This document shows positions 29,735 to 38,998 of a DNA stretch of 64,000 bases, piece after piece. The notes under the pieces were generated by a model. That model was not told the DNA's origin, did not search any database, and saw only the letters and a list, made by a program, of their open reading frames with translations. How positions within the stretch are numbered: position 1 is the stretch's first letter; every line of letters begins with the position of its first letter. Origin of the DNA: an uncultured Opitutia bacterium. Lineage in GTDB: Bacteria > Verrucomicrobiota > Verrucomicrobiia > Opitutales > Coraliomargaritaceae. The position numbers were made by a program, and so were the translations under genes. The DNA is taken from NCBI GenBank assembly GCA_913041275.1, contig CAJWHF010000001.1:7350-71349 (forward strand). The letters are read 5' to 3'.

Positions 29735-31807
29735 TTATACTTTGGGTATATCGGCCCCCTCTAATAGATTTCGAATCACCAGACTTTCGTACGGCTTCAT
29801 ATTATATGGCCCGCTATAATTTTTGTCTAAATTAATGGGTACACTCAAATCGACGACTCTATTTTCGCGACTATAATTGAATAAGAATCCAACCACTCCA
29901 TCAGAGGATTCCCGCCTACGAAAGACCACGCCTTCGGGAGTTTCAGTCAGTAAGCCAGAAAATAGCTTAAGCTCTTTTTTTATTTCCTTATAAAATAACA
30001 ATAAAGCGGGTAACTCAAAACGAGCAGCTAAGTAGGATGCTGCGCCATCACCAAATGAGTTCTTAGTAATCAAGGCATGACCTGCATAGAACTCTGACTC
30101 TGCCTGCGCTAAACATTTCGCTCCTTCCAGATGGATTCTTTCGACGATATCACGAGCTTTCCCAGAAATACTACCGCTAACTGAAACTCGAGTAGTATCA
30201 TGTAAATTATCAATTTCCTCATTCCAAATTCCAAACACTTCACGTAATCCCGAGCCGGGGAATCCACCAAGATGGCATAAATTAGTTTTCCCAACGTAGG
30301 CTGTCAAATATGTCGCAATAACGCGACCACCCGCATGTACAAATTCACGGATTTTCGCTGAAAGCTCATCAGTAACAAGATATAGCGCGGGTAAAATGAG
30401 GACTTTATAATCACTGAAGTCTGACTTAGTTGAGAGGAAATCAACAGAAATACCAAGGCGAGTGAGTGCTTCATAATGGTCGAAACACGTTTCGGTGTAT
30501 AAATCACTTGGAAAGGGACCTGCTGTCTCGATAATCTTAGGACCACGCGATGTGTTGAGTGCCCAGCGACTTTCCCAGTCATAGATCATGGCCACCTCTG
30601 CTTTGGGACAATCAAAATTTACAAGGTTCGATAGTTCCTTGAGCTCTGCTCCAATGGCGGCACACTCTTTAAATACACGAGATCGGTTACTAGATTCATG
30701 GTCTATGACAGCACCATGGTATTTTTCAAATCCACCCCTACTCTTACGCCACTGAAAATAGTGGATTGTACTAGCACCGTTGGCTACTGCTTGCAAAACT
30801 TCCTGGCGGTGTGCACCTGGGCGCTTTAATTTATTTACTTTTCCCCAGTTTACAGAACTCGGCGAGCACTCAAGAAGCATCCATGGTTTTCCTCCACTCA
30901 TGCCTCGCATCATGCTGTGAATAAAATCTGATCGGATCGCATGGCGCCATGTATCGTCTCGATCATCAGGCAAAGGATAAAGATCGTTAGATATCACATC
31001 TAAATGCTCCGCCCATTGCCAGTAGTTCGTGCTTTCATTAGTTCCCATGAAATTAGTTGTACACGGCACGTTTGGTGTCAATTCACGCAGAGGTCGCATC
31101 TCATTGAGCATGAAGGAAACATGCTGGTCATTGGTAAATCGGAGCCAATCTAGCTCTAGGCCATCTATACTTGGATCGTGAGTCGGAATCTCACTCCATT
31201 TTGTGAACGTATGATTCCAGAATCCCGCCCACCATGCTTGATTAAGAGCATCTAGTGATAGGTAACGATTTTTTAACCAATTTTGAAAAGCAACGCGGCA
31301 GTTAGCACAGTGACAATCTCCACTGTATTCGTTACCTATATGCCATAGCTTTAGTGCAGGATGCTCTTTATATCGCCCGGCAATCTGTGTATTTATTGCG
31401 GCAATTTTTTCGCGATATATAGGTGAACTCAGGCAATGGTTATGCCTCCAACCAGAACGCTCACGGACTCCATCTCTACCGACCCGGCGTATCTCAGGAT
31501 ATTTTTCCGACATCCACATTGGCTTACTTCCACTGGGAGTCGCGAGAAATACGAACATCCCTTCTTGCGCAAAGCGATCCATTACACAGTCCAGCCACTC
31601 GAACTCATACACACCCTCTTCTGGTTCCAGTGAAGTCCAGCTGAAAATTCCTACAGATGCAGACGTCACGCCAGCCTCTTTCATCAACTCGATATCACGT
31701 TCAAGGATATCAGGCGAATTTTGCCATTGGTCTGGATTATAATCCGCACCATAAAAAAAGTGCGATTGGCCAGATTGTTTTGAAAATGGCTTCTTAGAGT
31801 AATCCAT
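29735..31807 (-). CDS. GH42 beta-galactosidase (cytoplasmic)
   Basis: YGADYNPDQW, GIFSW..LEP.EG, WHIGNEY (acid/base), CHC..C zinc site, LLECSP (nucleophile), YFQWRKSRGG.EK.HGA; no signal peptide. Confidence 0.93.
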   Translation of the reverse strand: MDYSKKPFSKQSGQSHFFYGADYNPDQWQNSPDILERDIELMKEAGVTSASVGIFSWTSLEPEEGVYEFEWLDCVMDRFAQEGMFVFLATPSGSKPMWMSEKYPEIRRVGRDGVRERSGWRHNHCLSSPIYREKIAAINTQIAGRYKEHPALKLWHIGNEYSGDCHCANCRVAFQNWLKNRYLSLDALNQAWWAGFWNHTFTKWSEIPTHDPSIDGLELDWLRFTNDQHVSFMLNEMRPLRELTPNVPCTTNFMGTNESTNYWQWAEHLDVISNDLYPLPDDRDDTWRHAIRSDFIHSMMRGMSGGKPWMLLECSPSSVNWGKVNKLKRPGAHRQEVLQAVANGASTIHYFQWRKSRGGFEKYHGAVIDHESSNRSRVFKECAAIGAELKELSNLVNFDCPKAEVAMIYDWESRWALNTSRGPKIIETAGPFPSDLYTETCFDHYEALTRLGISVDFLSTKSDFSDYKVLILPALYLVTDELSAKIREFVHAGGRVIATYLTAYVGKTNLCHLGGFPGSGLREVFGIWNEEIDNLHDTTRVSVSGSISGKARDIVERIHLEGAKCLAQAESEFYAGHALITKNSFGDGAASYLAARFELPALLLFYKEIKKELKLFSGLLTETPEGVVFRRRESSDGVVGFLFNYSRENRVVDLSVPINLDKNYSGPYNMKPYESLVIRNLLEGADIPKV

Positions 31808-31836
31808 AACTTAAATAAATTGCTTTAACTAGCACG

Positions 31837-33375
31837 CTAAAGCGTAGCCTTGATCTGTGCCCAATTTCTCGAACCCTTCAAAAACTCAAGCATCTTACCA
31901 AAGCCTTTTTTCGCTGCTTGATTTTGATCAAAAGATTTAATCAGGGAGCCTAACGTTTCGATGGGTGTGAGCTTTTTAATGCCAGGTTCTTCGTGCCGAG
32001 TCCCTCCAAAGCCTTCTACATTCGTGTAGGAGTTCCCACTGAGATAAATCGTTTCTCGGTTGATTGCCTGACTCGGCTTCCACAGGCCTAATCCACTGGG
32101 ATGCCAAACGCCCTGAGAGATTAATGCCGATCCTCGGGTGTAAACTAGGTTATTAGTAAATGAAACCGAATCCGAGAAATGCCCATTCTCCCACGGAGTA
32201 TCGATGACAACTTGGAACTTATCTTCTATAGTATTGAAGATAATATTCCCATCAATAGTCAGATTGCGGACAGGTCCATTTAGAACAAAGCCGCGAACAT
32301 GATCATTTAGGCTAATATTATGCCTGATAAGCGTGTCGACGTTTCCAATCGACTCTCCGCTTTCTTCCAATTTTGACCAAGTACATATCAAAAAGAATCC
32401 TCCCTTATTATCCGCGCTTAAGTTGTACTCGAATAAAGTTCCCTCGCAGTTCCAATCAGAATCTAGACCTTGACCATCGAAGGTCCCCTCATAACCCCAA
32501 ACTTCGTTAAAACGTATGTGCGTATTCTTACTACTCCAGGGCCATATCCCGATGCTTGGACCGGCATTCAAAGAGACCTCTTTTTCCTCATTGATACCAA
32601 GTATTCGCTCACGCAAGCCATAAAGCCTATTGTATTCAACAAGTGTACCTTCCGTGCCAATAATGACAATTCCGTCACCCCCAATATCCTCCAGTAGATT
32701 TCCCCTTATAACAGTGTTAGTACTCAAATTCGAGAGATCGCTCCAAGGCTGCATCCAACCCTTTATACCATCACGATCACAACGAATAAGGTGATTATTC
32801 TCAATTAAGAGCCCGTCCAATCTAGTCGGTTTATTCTGGTTACTCACTTCCCAGCGAATACCAGTACCACCACCAGCATCCTTCGAAAAGACGCCATTGA
32901 TATCGCGTACCGTATTACCACGCACGATAATATCACGCAAGACACCTCCCTTATTTGCAGAAATCAAAAGGCCACAACGTTTTGCTTTAGGCTCGGCACC
33001 CTTATTAGTAATTTCAACGCCCTGGACTATCCAATACTGCGCGTTATCTAAGTGTACAGCAGCCCGAAATTTTCCTTCTGAAGCGATGACCGGCTTTGGT
33101 CCAATGCCATATGCTGAAAGAATAATTGGCTCTCCTGGCTTGCCCGATTGATCGGTATAAAACTGCCCAAAGAAAATCTGACCTGACTTTAGAAGAACCT
33201 GGTCTCCTGCTTGAAGTCGAATTTCTTGAACCCTAGCCAAACTTTGCCATGCACTTTCTTCGGATGTGCCGCTTGCGTTATCATTTCCCTTATGTGCATC
33301 GATAAAAAAAGTCGCCGCATAAATCGGAGCGGATGCTAAGTAAAAGATAAAGTAGAGACGCAAATAAGCAGGCAT
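31837..33375 (-). CDS. Secreted right-handed parallel beta-helix glycoside hydrolase, GH136 (LnbX lacto-N-biosidase)-like
   Basis: Start reassigned to 33375 (MPAYLRL, signal peptide). Motifs F.DA..GND...GTS...AW.SL, PI.LSAYG.G.KP, GGDGI, GIWPW, DGQGLDSD, YN.S..N.GGF.LIC and R.NIS.ND match the remembered LnbX pattern. Confidence 0.7.
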   Translation of the reverse strand: MPAYLRLYFIFYLASAPIYAATFFIDAHKGNDNASGTSEESAWQSLARVQEIRLQAGDQVLLKSGQIFFGQFYTDQSGKPGEPIILSAYGIGPKPVIASEGKFRAAVHLDNAQYWIVQGVEITNKGAEPKAKRCGLLISANKGGVLRDIIVRGNTVRDINGVFSKDAGGGTGIRWEVSNQNKPTRLDGLLIENNHLIRCDRDGIKGWMQPWSDLSNLSTNTVIRGNLLEDIGGDGIVIIGTEGTLVEYNRLYGLRERILGINEEKEVSLNAGPSIGIWPWSSKNTHIRFNEVWGYEGTFDGQGLDSDWNCEGTLFEYNLSADNKGGFFLICTWSKLEESGESIGNVDTLIRHNISLNDHVRGFVLNGPVRNLTIDGNIIFNTIEDKFQVVIDTPWENGHFSDSVSFTNNLVYTRGSALISQGVWHPSGLGLWKPSQAINRETIYLSGNSYTNVEGFGGTRHEEPGIKKLTPIETLGSLIKSFDQNQAAKKGFGKMLEFLKGSRNWAQIKATL

Positions 33376-33397
33376 TTTGAAAGATAATGAGAAATTT

Positions 33398-34489
33398 TTA
33401 GCGCTGTACACGCCCGGAAGTATTGCCACGCATGAGAGTTTCCACCTCAGCTCGTGAGTTGTAGTTGAAGTCCCCCTTGACCGAGTGCGCGAGGCAAGAT
33501 GCAGCCACAGCAAAATCCACTTGTTCCTGAGCTTGTGGAAACTCTCCACTACTCATTGCAAAGATTAAACCAGCCGCAAAGGCATCACCACCACCGACCC
33601 GGTCCACGATATTACGAATTTCGTAGGGTTGATAACGATCGCTTTTAATCGGTGCGAATACTACCGAATCACTTGTAAGATCGTAAAGCATGGCCCCCCA
33701 ATTATTGTGCGTAGCTGAGATACTCTCACGCAGAGTAATCGCTACAGTGTGAACTTTATTAAATCGACCCGCAATCTGACGCGCTACCTCGGGATACCTC
33801 TGAACCTGGAGGCTTCCGGAGGCCACATCGGTATCCCCCGCATGGATGTCTAAGACATCCGCAGCATCTTCTTCATTACCAATCACAACGTTCACATAAT
33901 CAAGAAATTCAGGCATAATTTCGCGTGCTAGGCTACGAGCATCTATACCACTACGCCAGCGCCATAGGTTTTTGCGAAAATTCAGGTCGCACGATACTGT
34001 CACGCCGGCAGCTTGGGCCTTTTTAGCTGCTAATAAAGCTGCTTGTGCAGCAGTTTCTGAAATTGCCAAAGTAATGCCGGAAATATGCAGCCAATGTGCA
34101 TCCGAAAAGATCGTATCCCAATCGTATGCTTCTCCTAGGCTAAGAGAAACAGCACTGTATTGCCTGTCATATATCACCCGACTAGGACGCTGATTTGCAC
34201 CTGTCTCTACATAATACAAACCGAACCTTCCTTCTTTAGTTTGGAGCACATGATCGACATCTACTTCAAATCCGCGCATCTGCCGCAGAAAAGCGTCTGT
34301 CACTGCATGCCGTGGCAAGGCAGTCACAAATCGCGACTCGCCTCCCAACATAGATACTGAGGCAGCCACGCTGCTTTCAGCACCACCAAAAGTAAGGTCA
34401 ATCGTTCCTGGGGAGACTTGTTCAAAGCGTAAGTTTTCGCGTGGCGCCAAACGCACCATCACTTCTCCGAAAGTCACAACTTTTTTCAT
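33398..34489 (-). CDS. kdgK: 2-keto-3-deoxy-sugar-acid kinase, PfkB family (KdgK-like)
   Basis: VTFGE.M.RL, FGGAE..VA, G.YY.E.GA.QR.S.V.YDR, DLNFR..LW, IVDRVGGGDAF. Confidence 0.9.
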   Translation of the reverse strand: MKKVVTFGEVMVRLAPRENLRFEQVSPGTIDLTFGGAESSVAASVSMLGGESRFVTALPRHAVTDAFLRQMRGFEVDVDHVLQTKEGRFGLYYVETGANQRPSRVIYDRQYSAVSLSLGEAYDWDTIFSDAHWLHISGITLAISETAAQAALLAAKKAQAAGVTVSCDLNFRKNLWRWRSGIDARSLAREIMPEFLDYVNVVIGNEEDAADVLDIHAGDTDVASGSLQVQRYPEVARQIAGRFNKVHTVAITLRESISATHNNWGAMLYDLTSDSVVFAPIKSDRYQPYEIRNIVDRVGGGDAFAAGLIFAMSSGEFPQAQEQVDFAVAASCLAHSVKGDFNYNSRAEVETLMRGNTSGRVQR

Positions 34490-34505
34490 ATTAAACCTTT
34501 CTTAT

Positions 34506-35147
34506 TTAGAGCGCAGCAGCAGTTGCCGCACGTTGTTTGATACCATTCCAGTCACCCGCTCGAATAGCCTCTGCTGTTGCTATCCAAGAACCACCAACTG
34601 CTAGGATGTAGGATTCTTTTAAATACTCACTGGCATTGCTAACGTTTAATCCTCCCAATGGAATAAACTGCAAGCCGAGATGGGAATATGGAGTCTGCAT
34701 ATTCTTAAGAAATGATAAGCCTCCAGAAGTTTCAGCAGGGAAGAATTTCAAGATGTCACAGTCGTATTCAAGCGCACTCTCGATTTCACTTGGTGTCGCA
34801 ATTCCAGGTGCAAATGGTAGTCCATTTTCAAGCGCCGCTTCAATCACTTTTCGATTCATACCAGGAGCGACCGCACATAATGCACCTGCATCTTTCACTT
34901 GCTTCACTTGTTTGGCTGAGATCACCGTTCCAGCCATAACTAACATTTCAGGGAAGCTCTGCGCTACAAGCTCCATAGAATTGATAGCAGCAGGAGTGCG
35001 TAAAGTAATTTCAATCGACCGAATACCTCCTTCTAATAGGGCTTCTGAAAGCGGCTTTGCGTCTTCCACATTTTCGATAGTAACCGTTGCTACGGCGCGC
35101 GAAGCAGAAAGTTTATTACGAATTTCAGCTGTAAAAAGTGACTTCAT
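34506..35147 (-). CDS. eda: KDPG/KHG-type aldolase
   Basis: EITLRT, AGTV, PG.ATPSEI, KFFPAE..GG, F.PLGG, AVGGSW. Confidence 0.92.
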   Translation of the reverse strand: MKSLFTAEIRNKLSASRAVATVTIENVEDAKPLSEALLEGGIRSIEITLRTPAAINSMELVAQSFPEMLVMAGTVISAKQVKQVKDAGALCAVAPGMNRKVIEAALENGLPFAPGIATPSEIESALEYDCDILKFFPAETSGGLSFLKNMQTPYSHLGLQFIPLGGLNVSNASEYLKESYILAVGGSWIATAEAIRAGDWNGIKQRAATAAAL

Positions 35148-35151
35148 TCTT

Positions 35152-36321
35152 CTACTTTGCGTGAGAGTCTTTATTTACGGCGTCTGTATCGACCAAGAAG
35201 GAAGTAATGGCTGCTTCATCTAGCTCCACACCTAATCCTGGTAAATCATTAAAATACAATTTTCCGCCCTCCACCTTGTGCGCTTGCGAAAAGATCGAGT
35301 CTCTTACCAAGTGCTCGGTTCGGTCCATTTCCAAATACACTGTGCGGCGCTCGAATCTTCCTGGGTTTTCAGGCAGCATACTAATAGCAGAGGCTGCGGC
35401 TGCTTGATTTAATTTTAAGCCCCAGCAATGAGGAACTACGTCCACATGAGCGGCGGAGGCAACGGCTGCTATTTTCTGAAACTCAGTAAGCCCCCCGCAG
35501 TAAGCAATATCTGGCTGGTAGATATCAAGACTACCGGCGCGTGCGAGGCGTTCAAATCCAAAGCGAGTCTGCTCACATTCCCCAGCAGCAATCGCGATGG
35601 TAGTGGACTCGCGTAGGCGTGCCATATCCCCAATGTTATCGGGTGCAAGTGGTTCTTCAAACCAGCTATAATCGAGTGACTCCAATAATTGAGCCATATC
35701 GAGGGCTTCTTTAAAATTATAGGCATGATTCGAATCAGCTGCGATCTTCACATCCGGAAAACGCTCGCGAAATTCACTTACTAGCTCACGATCAAAATCG
35801 ACGTTTTTACCAATTTTTACCTTCAGGAAATCATACCCTTCTTCGATATAGCCCGCAGCCTCTACCAGTAATTCCTCTAGCATTTCTTCTTCGGCTTTAT
35901 CTTCACGGAAGTACATACCAGTCGCGTAGCATTCTATAGGATCATCGGAACCACCGAGTAAGGTTCTAACAGGAGCCTGTAAGGCTTTACCTTTAATATC
36001 CCAAAAAGCGATATCGAGACCAGAGATCGCAGCCATAAAAATTCCGCCACGGTTAAAATCATGATAGGCGCGCCACATAAGATTCCACGTTCTTTCATTT
36101 TGCAGAGGGTTACATCCAAGAAGTTTCGGTTTAAAGTGATGCTCTATAGCTGAAGCAATCGCCAAGCTCGGACCATAACATTCACCCCAACCTACAGTTC
36201 CATCTTCACACGTGACCTTTACGAGTAAATTGTTTTTCGCATGGTAGTACCACTGCGAGAACCCAATCGCACTGTCTAAATTCGCACGTAAAGGAAAGCA
36301 TTCTATATTCGATATTTTCAT
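35152..36321 (-). CDS. Enolase-superfamily (mandelate racemase subgroup) enzyme, 3,6-anhydro-galactonate cycloisomerase (DauB)/Gci-like
   Basis: FSQW.Y, GWGECYGP, DIA.WDIKGK, YATG.YF, KVKIG, DSNHAY, WFEEP, AGE.E, QPD...CGG, PHCWG, E.D; adjacent to a DauA-like dehydrogenase. Confidence 0.75.
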   Translation of the reverse strand: MKISNIECFPLRANLDSAIGFSQWYYHAKNNLLVKVTCEDGTVGWGECYGPSLAIASAIEHHFKPKLLGCNPLQNERTWNLMWRAYHDFNRGGIFMAAISGLDIAFWDIKGKALQAPVRTLLGGSDDPIECYATGMYFREDKAEEEMLEELLVEAAGYIEEGYDFLKVKIGKNVDFDRELVSEFRERFPDVKIAADSNHAYNFKEALDMAQLLESLDYSWFEEPLAPDNIGDMARLRESTTIAIAAGECEQTRFGFERLARAGSLDIYQPDIAYCGGLTEFQKIAAVASAAHVDVVPHCWGLKLNQAAAASAISMLPENPGRFERRTVYLEMDRTEHLVRDSIFSQAHKVEGGKLYFNDLPGLGVELDEAAITSFLVDTDAVNKDSHAK

Positions 36322-36324
36322 AAC

Positions 36325-37737
36325 TTAGCGCTTAATAGAAATACGTTTGATGTCGTAATAATCATCTAGCGCTATTCGGCTAACATCTTTTCCGCTTCCG
36401 CTTTGCTTTAGTCCTCCATGCGGCAACTGTACCGAATAGTGAGCTTCGTTGATCAGTATATTACCAAAAAGTAGGCGTTTTTCAGCCTCTAGGGCACGAT
36501 TCAAATTCTGAGTGTAAACGTAGGCTGACAATCCGTAAGCAGTATCATTGGCAATCGCGAAGATATCCTCCTCGTCACTAAAAGGCATAACGGGCAAAAT
36601 TGGCCCGAAGATTTCCTCACAAGTCAGTTTTGAATTACGGTCGACATCCTTGATAAGGGTCGGTTCAAGGAAGTAGCCGGCGCGATCGGCGCGCTTACCT
36701 CCCGTCACAACCGTTCCACCGTGGCTATCAGGTCTGCAAAAATTCACCATTTTTTCGATGCTCGACTCGGTACAAACTGGACTGAGTTCAGGTCCTTCAC
36801 CGGTCTCGCCGAGGTAACGGTAGCTTTCCATCAGGACTTTTGCTTTTTCAAGAAAGGATTCGTATATCGATGCATGCACGAAAACACGGTTTGGTGCTAC
36901 ACAAATTTGCCCCGCGTTCGCCAGTTTTAGACCGACAATATCAGCGACAGCAGTATCAAGCTCCGCATCGTCGAAGACTAAAACGGGTGCATCCCCGCCC
37001 AATTCTAGAGAAAATCTTTTTACGCTAGTAGATGAATGTTCAATAAGCTTTTTTCCCGCTAGTGTCGAACCAATCATAGTCAACAAGCGCGGAATTTGAT
37101 TCTTTGCTAAGGCTGGGATGATTGTTCGCCCTCTACCGCTTACAAAATTAACAGTCCCTTTTGGAAAGCCTACTTCTTGAATCAATTCAGCAACACGCAT
37201 TGATGCCATTGGCGTACGAGCACTGATACTCATGACCGATGGGCATCCACTAGCAAGGGCAGGAGCAAGTTTGTATCCTAGATTAAGTAGAGGAAAGTTC
37301 CAAGTTAAGATAGCCCCAACGACTCCGACCGATTGGTAAGAAAGGAAATTCAGGTGCCCTCCGTCATAGTCTGGAATGGTCTCACCGTAATGGCGCTTTA
37401 CTTCTTCAATATAATAACCAAGACAATCGATTAACATGTTAAAATCGTAACTGGCTATCTCGACAGTCTTACCGGTCTCTTTGATTAAAAGTGATACAAT
37501 CTCCGATTCATTCTTTTTGAGTAACGAGATAAGCCGATCAATGAGTTCCTTACGTTTGTTGATCGAGAATTCCCCGTAGGTTAGAGTAGCGGCCTGAGCA
37601 CTCTCGAGAGCAAGATTAACCTCAAGTTCAGTCGCCGAAGCTACGGTAGCGATCTGCTGACCGGTAACCGGATTATGTACTTCGATTGCATCGGCGCAAT
37701 CAACCCACTCGCCAGCGATGTAGTTGAGGATTTTCAT
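36325..37737 (-). CDS. Aldehyde dehydrogenase, 3,6-anhydro-D-galactose dehydrogenase (DauA)-like
   Basis: WNFPLLNL..K..PA.A.GCP, IPRLLT.IGST..G, S.KR.S.ELGG.AP, NAGQICV.PNRV, LPHGG..QSG...D.S..AL.DY...KRIS resemble remembered DauA proteins. Start reassigned to ATG 37737 (MKILNY). Confidence 0.75.
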   Translation of the reverse strand: MKILNYIAGEWVDCADAIEVHNPVTGQQIATVASATELEVNLALESAQAATLTYGEFSINKRKELIDRLISLLKKNESEIVSLLIKETGKTVEIASYDFNMLIDCLGYYIEEVKRHYGETIPDYDGGHLNFLSYQSVGVVGAILTWNFPLLNLGYKLAPALASGCPSVMSISARTPMASMRVAELIQEVGFPKGTVNFVSGRGRTIIPALAKNQIPRLLTMIGSTLAGKKLIEHSSTSVKRFSLELGGDAPVLVFDDAELDTAVADIVGLKLANAGQICVAPNRVFVHASIYESFLEKAKVLMESYRYLGETGEGPELSPVCTESSIEKMVNFCRPDSHGGTVVTGGKRADRAGYFLEPTLIKDVDRNSKLTCEEIFGPILPVMPFSDEEDIFAIANDTAYGLSAYVYTQNLNRALEAEKRLLFGNILINEAHYSVQLPHGGLKQSGSGKDVSRIALDDYYDIKRISIKR

Positions 37738-37759
37738 GTTATTGTTATTAAAACAGTAA

Positions 37760-37787
37760 AAAATTGATTTAGCGTTCGCCAAGCAGT
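37760..37787. promoter_or_regulatory. Candidate regulator/promoter motif upstream of the dau operon
   Basis: AAAATTGATTT-AGCG-TTCGCC-AAGCAGT; related copies at 38153-38183 and 62569-62596. Confidence 0.35.
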
Positions 37788-38210
37788 CGTATTGATTTGC
37801 GACTCATTAATAAACAAAAATAGAATTGGAGGCGCAATCAATAAAGCAAAAACCAACGTATACAAAAACCATATTTAAATATACGAAACAAGTACTTATC
37901 GATTAGTTATTGGCTTAGTTCGCAAGCGAAATACCTTTCTTAATTAGTTTATATTTTGTCAAATAATCAGTCTGTTCATACACTCGCTTAACAAAAACCT
38001 GAATCGCTCCCTTACGAATTGCTCAATCACCACACACCCATTAAATAAACTGACCTGCGTCCCCCTCAATTTCTACCACCTCTCTACCTTGACCACTCTT
38101 TGCTAATATACGGCGTGATAGGATCAAATACTCGATGTAAAACAATCCTAGCGATTTAGCGCACTTAATATTCGCCAAACAGTATATAGTAATTACTCGA
38201 TATAATAATT

Positions 38211-38990
38211 ATGCATATTTCATTCGATTTATATCCTGGTTTTCTGCGGAATTTCGATCATTCGATACCTTCTACGTCGAATTATCGATTGTTGTACAAT
38301 ATTCATGCGATGCGCAATTACGAGTATCGCAAGGAAGAAGGCCGGCGAGTAGGGCCCTTTCCTCAGGTTCGTAAAGAAGGAAGCCTCGAACTCATTTGCC
38401 AAGGCACTGCAATCAATGATCGAACTCGAAAACTAAGCGTCCAGCACGTAAGATCTTGGTCCACATGGACGAACCAAGCGCACGCTTCAAAACAAACCAT
38501 AGATGCAGAAATCGACTACGAAGCAAACGATTTGGGAAGCCCTAGAAAATGGTCTCTCTCCTATCGATCGGAGCCTATTCTACCGGTCAAATCATATCGT
38601 TATAATTCTCTCGAACCGATGTATCAGTCTGGCAAAAGAATCGGTCACGAAATCGAAATACGAACTCATGGAAGCTCAGTAGTTCGGCAATACAAAGCAA
38701 AGAATGATGTGGTATCGCTCTATACTTTGACCGAACGCCTGCACGCGAATACGGTGAACACTGGGTTGGTCGACTACATTGACGACTTAAGTATGTTCCG
38801 CTCAAACATGGAGATCGTCGCCTTACCAGACCAGCTAATCGAGATCGAGGGCTCGTTAGAGGACCTACATGGATTCGCTCTAGTTGGTCCTGCATTTCTA
38901 CCGCTATACTTTTGGCAAAATGCCCAGAATCATGTCCTCGCAATAATTGGGCGAAATGTCGCTTTCACACTAAAGGATATTTTAATCTAA
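38211..38990 (+). CDS. Hypothetical protein (no recognised family)
   Basis: 259-aa ORF, 8 nt upstream of a sulfatase, first gene of the plus-strand run; no signal peptide. Confidence 0.6.
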   Translation: MHISFDLYPGFLRNFDHSIPSTSNYRLLYNIHAMRNYEYRKEEGRRVGPFPQVRKEGSLELICQGTAINDRTRKLSVQHVRSWSTWTNQAHASKQTIDAEIDYEANDLGSPRKWSLSYRSEPILPVKSYRYNSLEPMYQSGKRIGHEIEIRTHGSSVVRQYKAKNDVVSLYTLTERLHANTVNTGLVDYIDDLSMFRSNMEIVALPDQLIEIEGSLEDLHGFALVGPAFLPLYFWQNAQNHVLAIIGRNVAFTLKDILI

Positions 38991-38998
38991 GCTAAGAA

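Noticed and set aside
33376-33549. N-terminal 58-aa extension of the beta-helix ORF overlapping kdgK
   Set aside because: Artefact of longest-ORF calling; the signal peptide starts at ATG 33375. The same applies to the extensions at 4937, 12438, 37782, 47140, 48749 and 51118.
36325-37737. Generic succinate-semialdehyde dehydrogenase (gabD) call
   Set aside because: Motifs and linkage to cycloisomerase, eda, kdgK and sulfatases fit an anhydrogalactose dehydrogenase better
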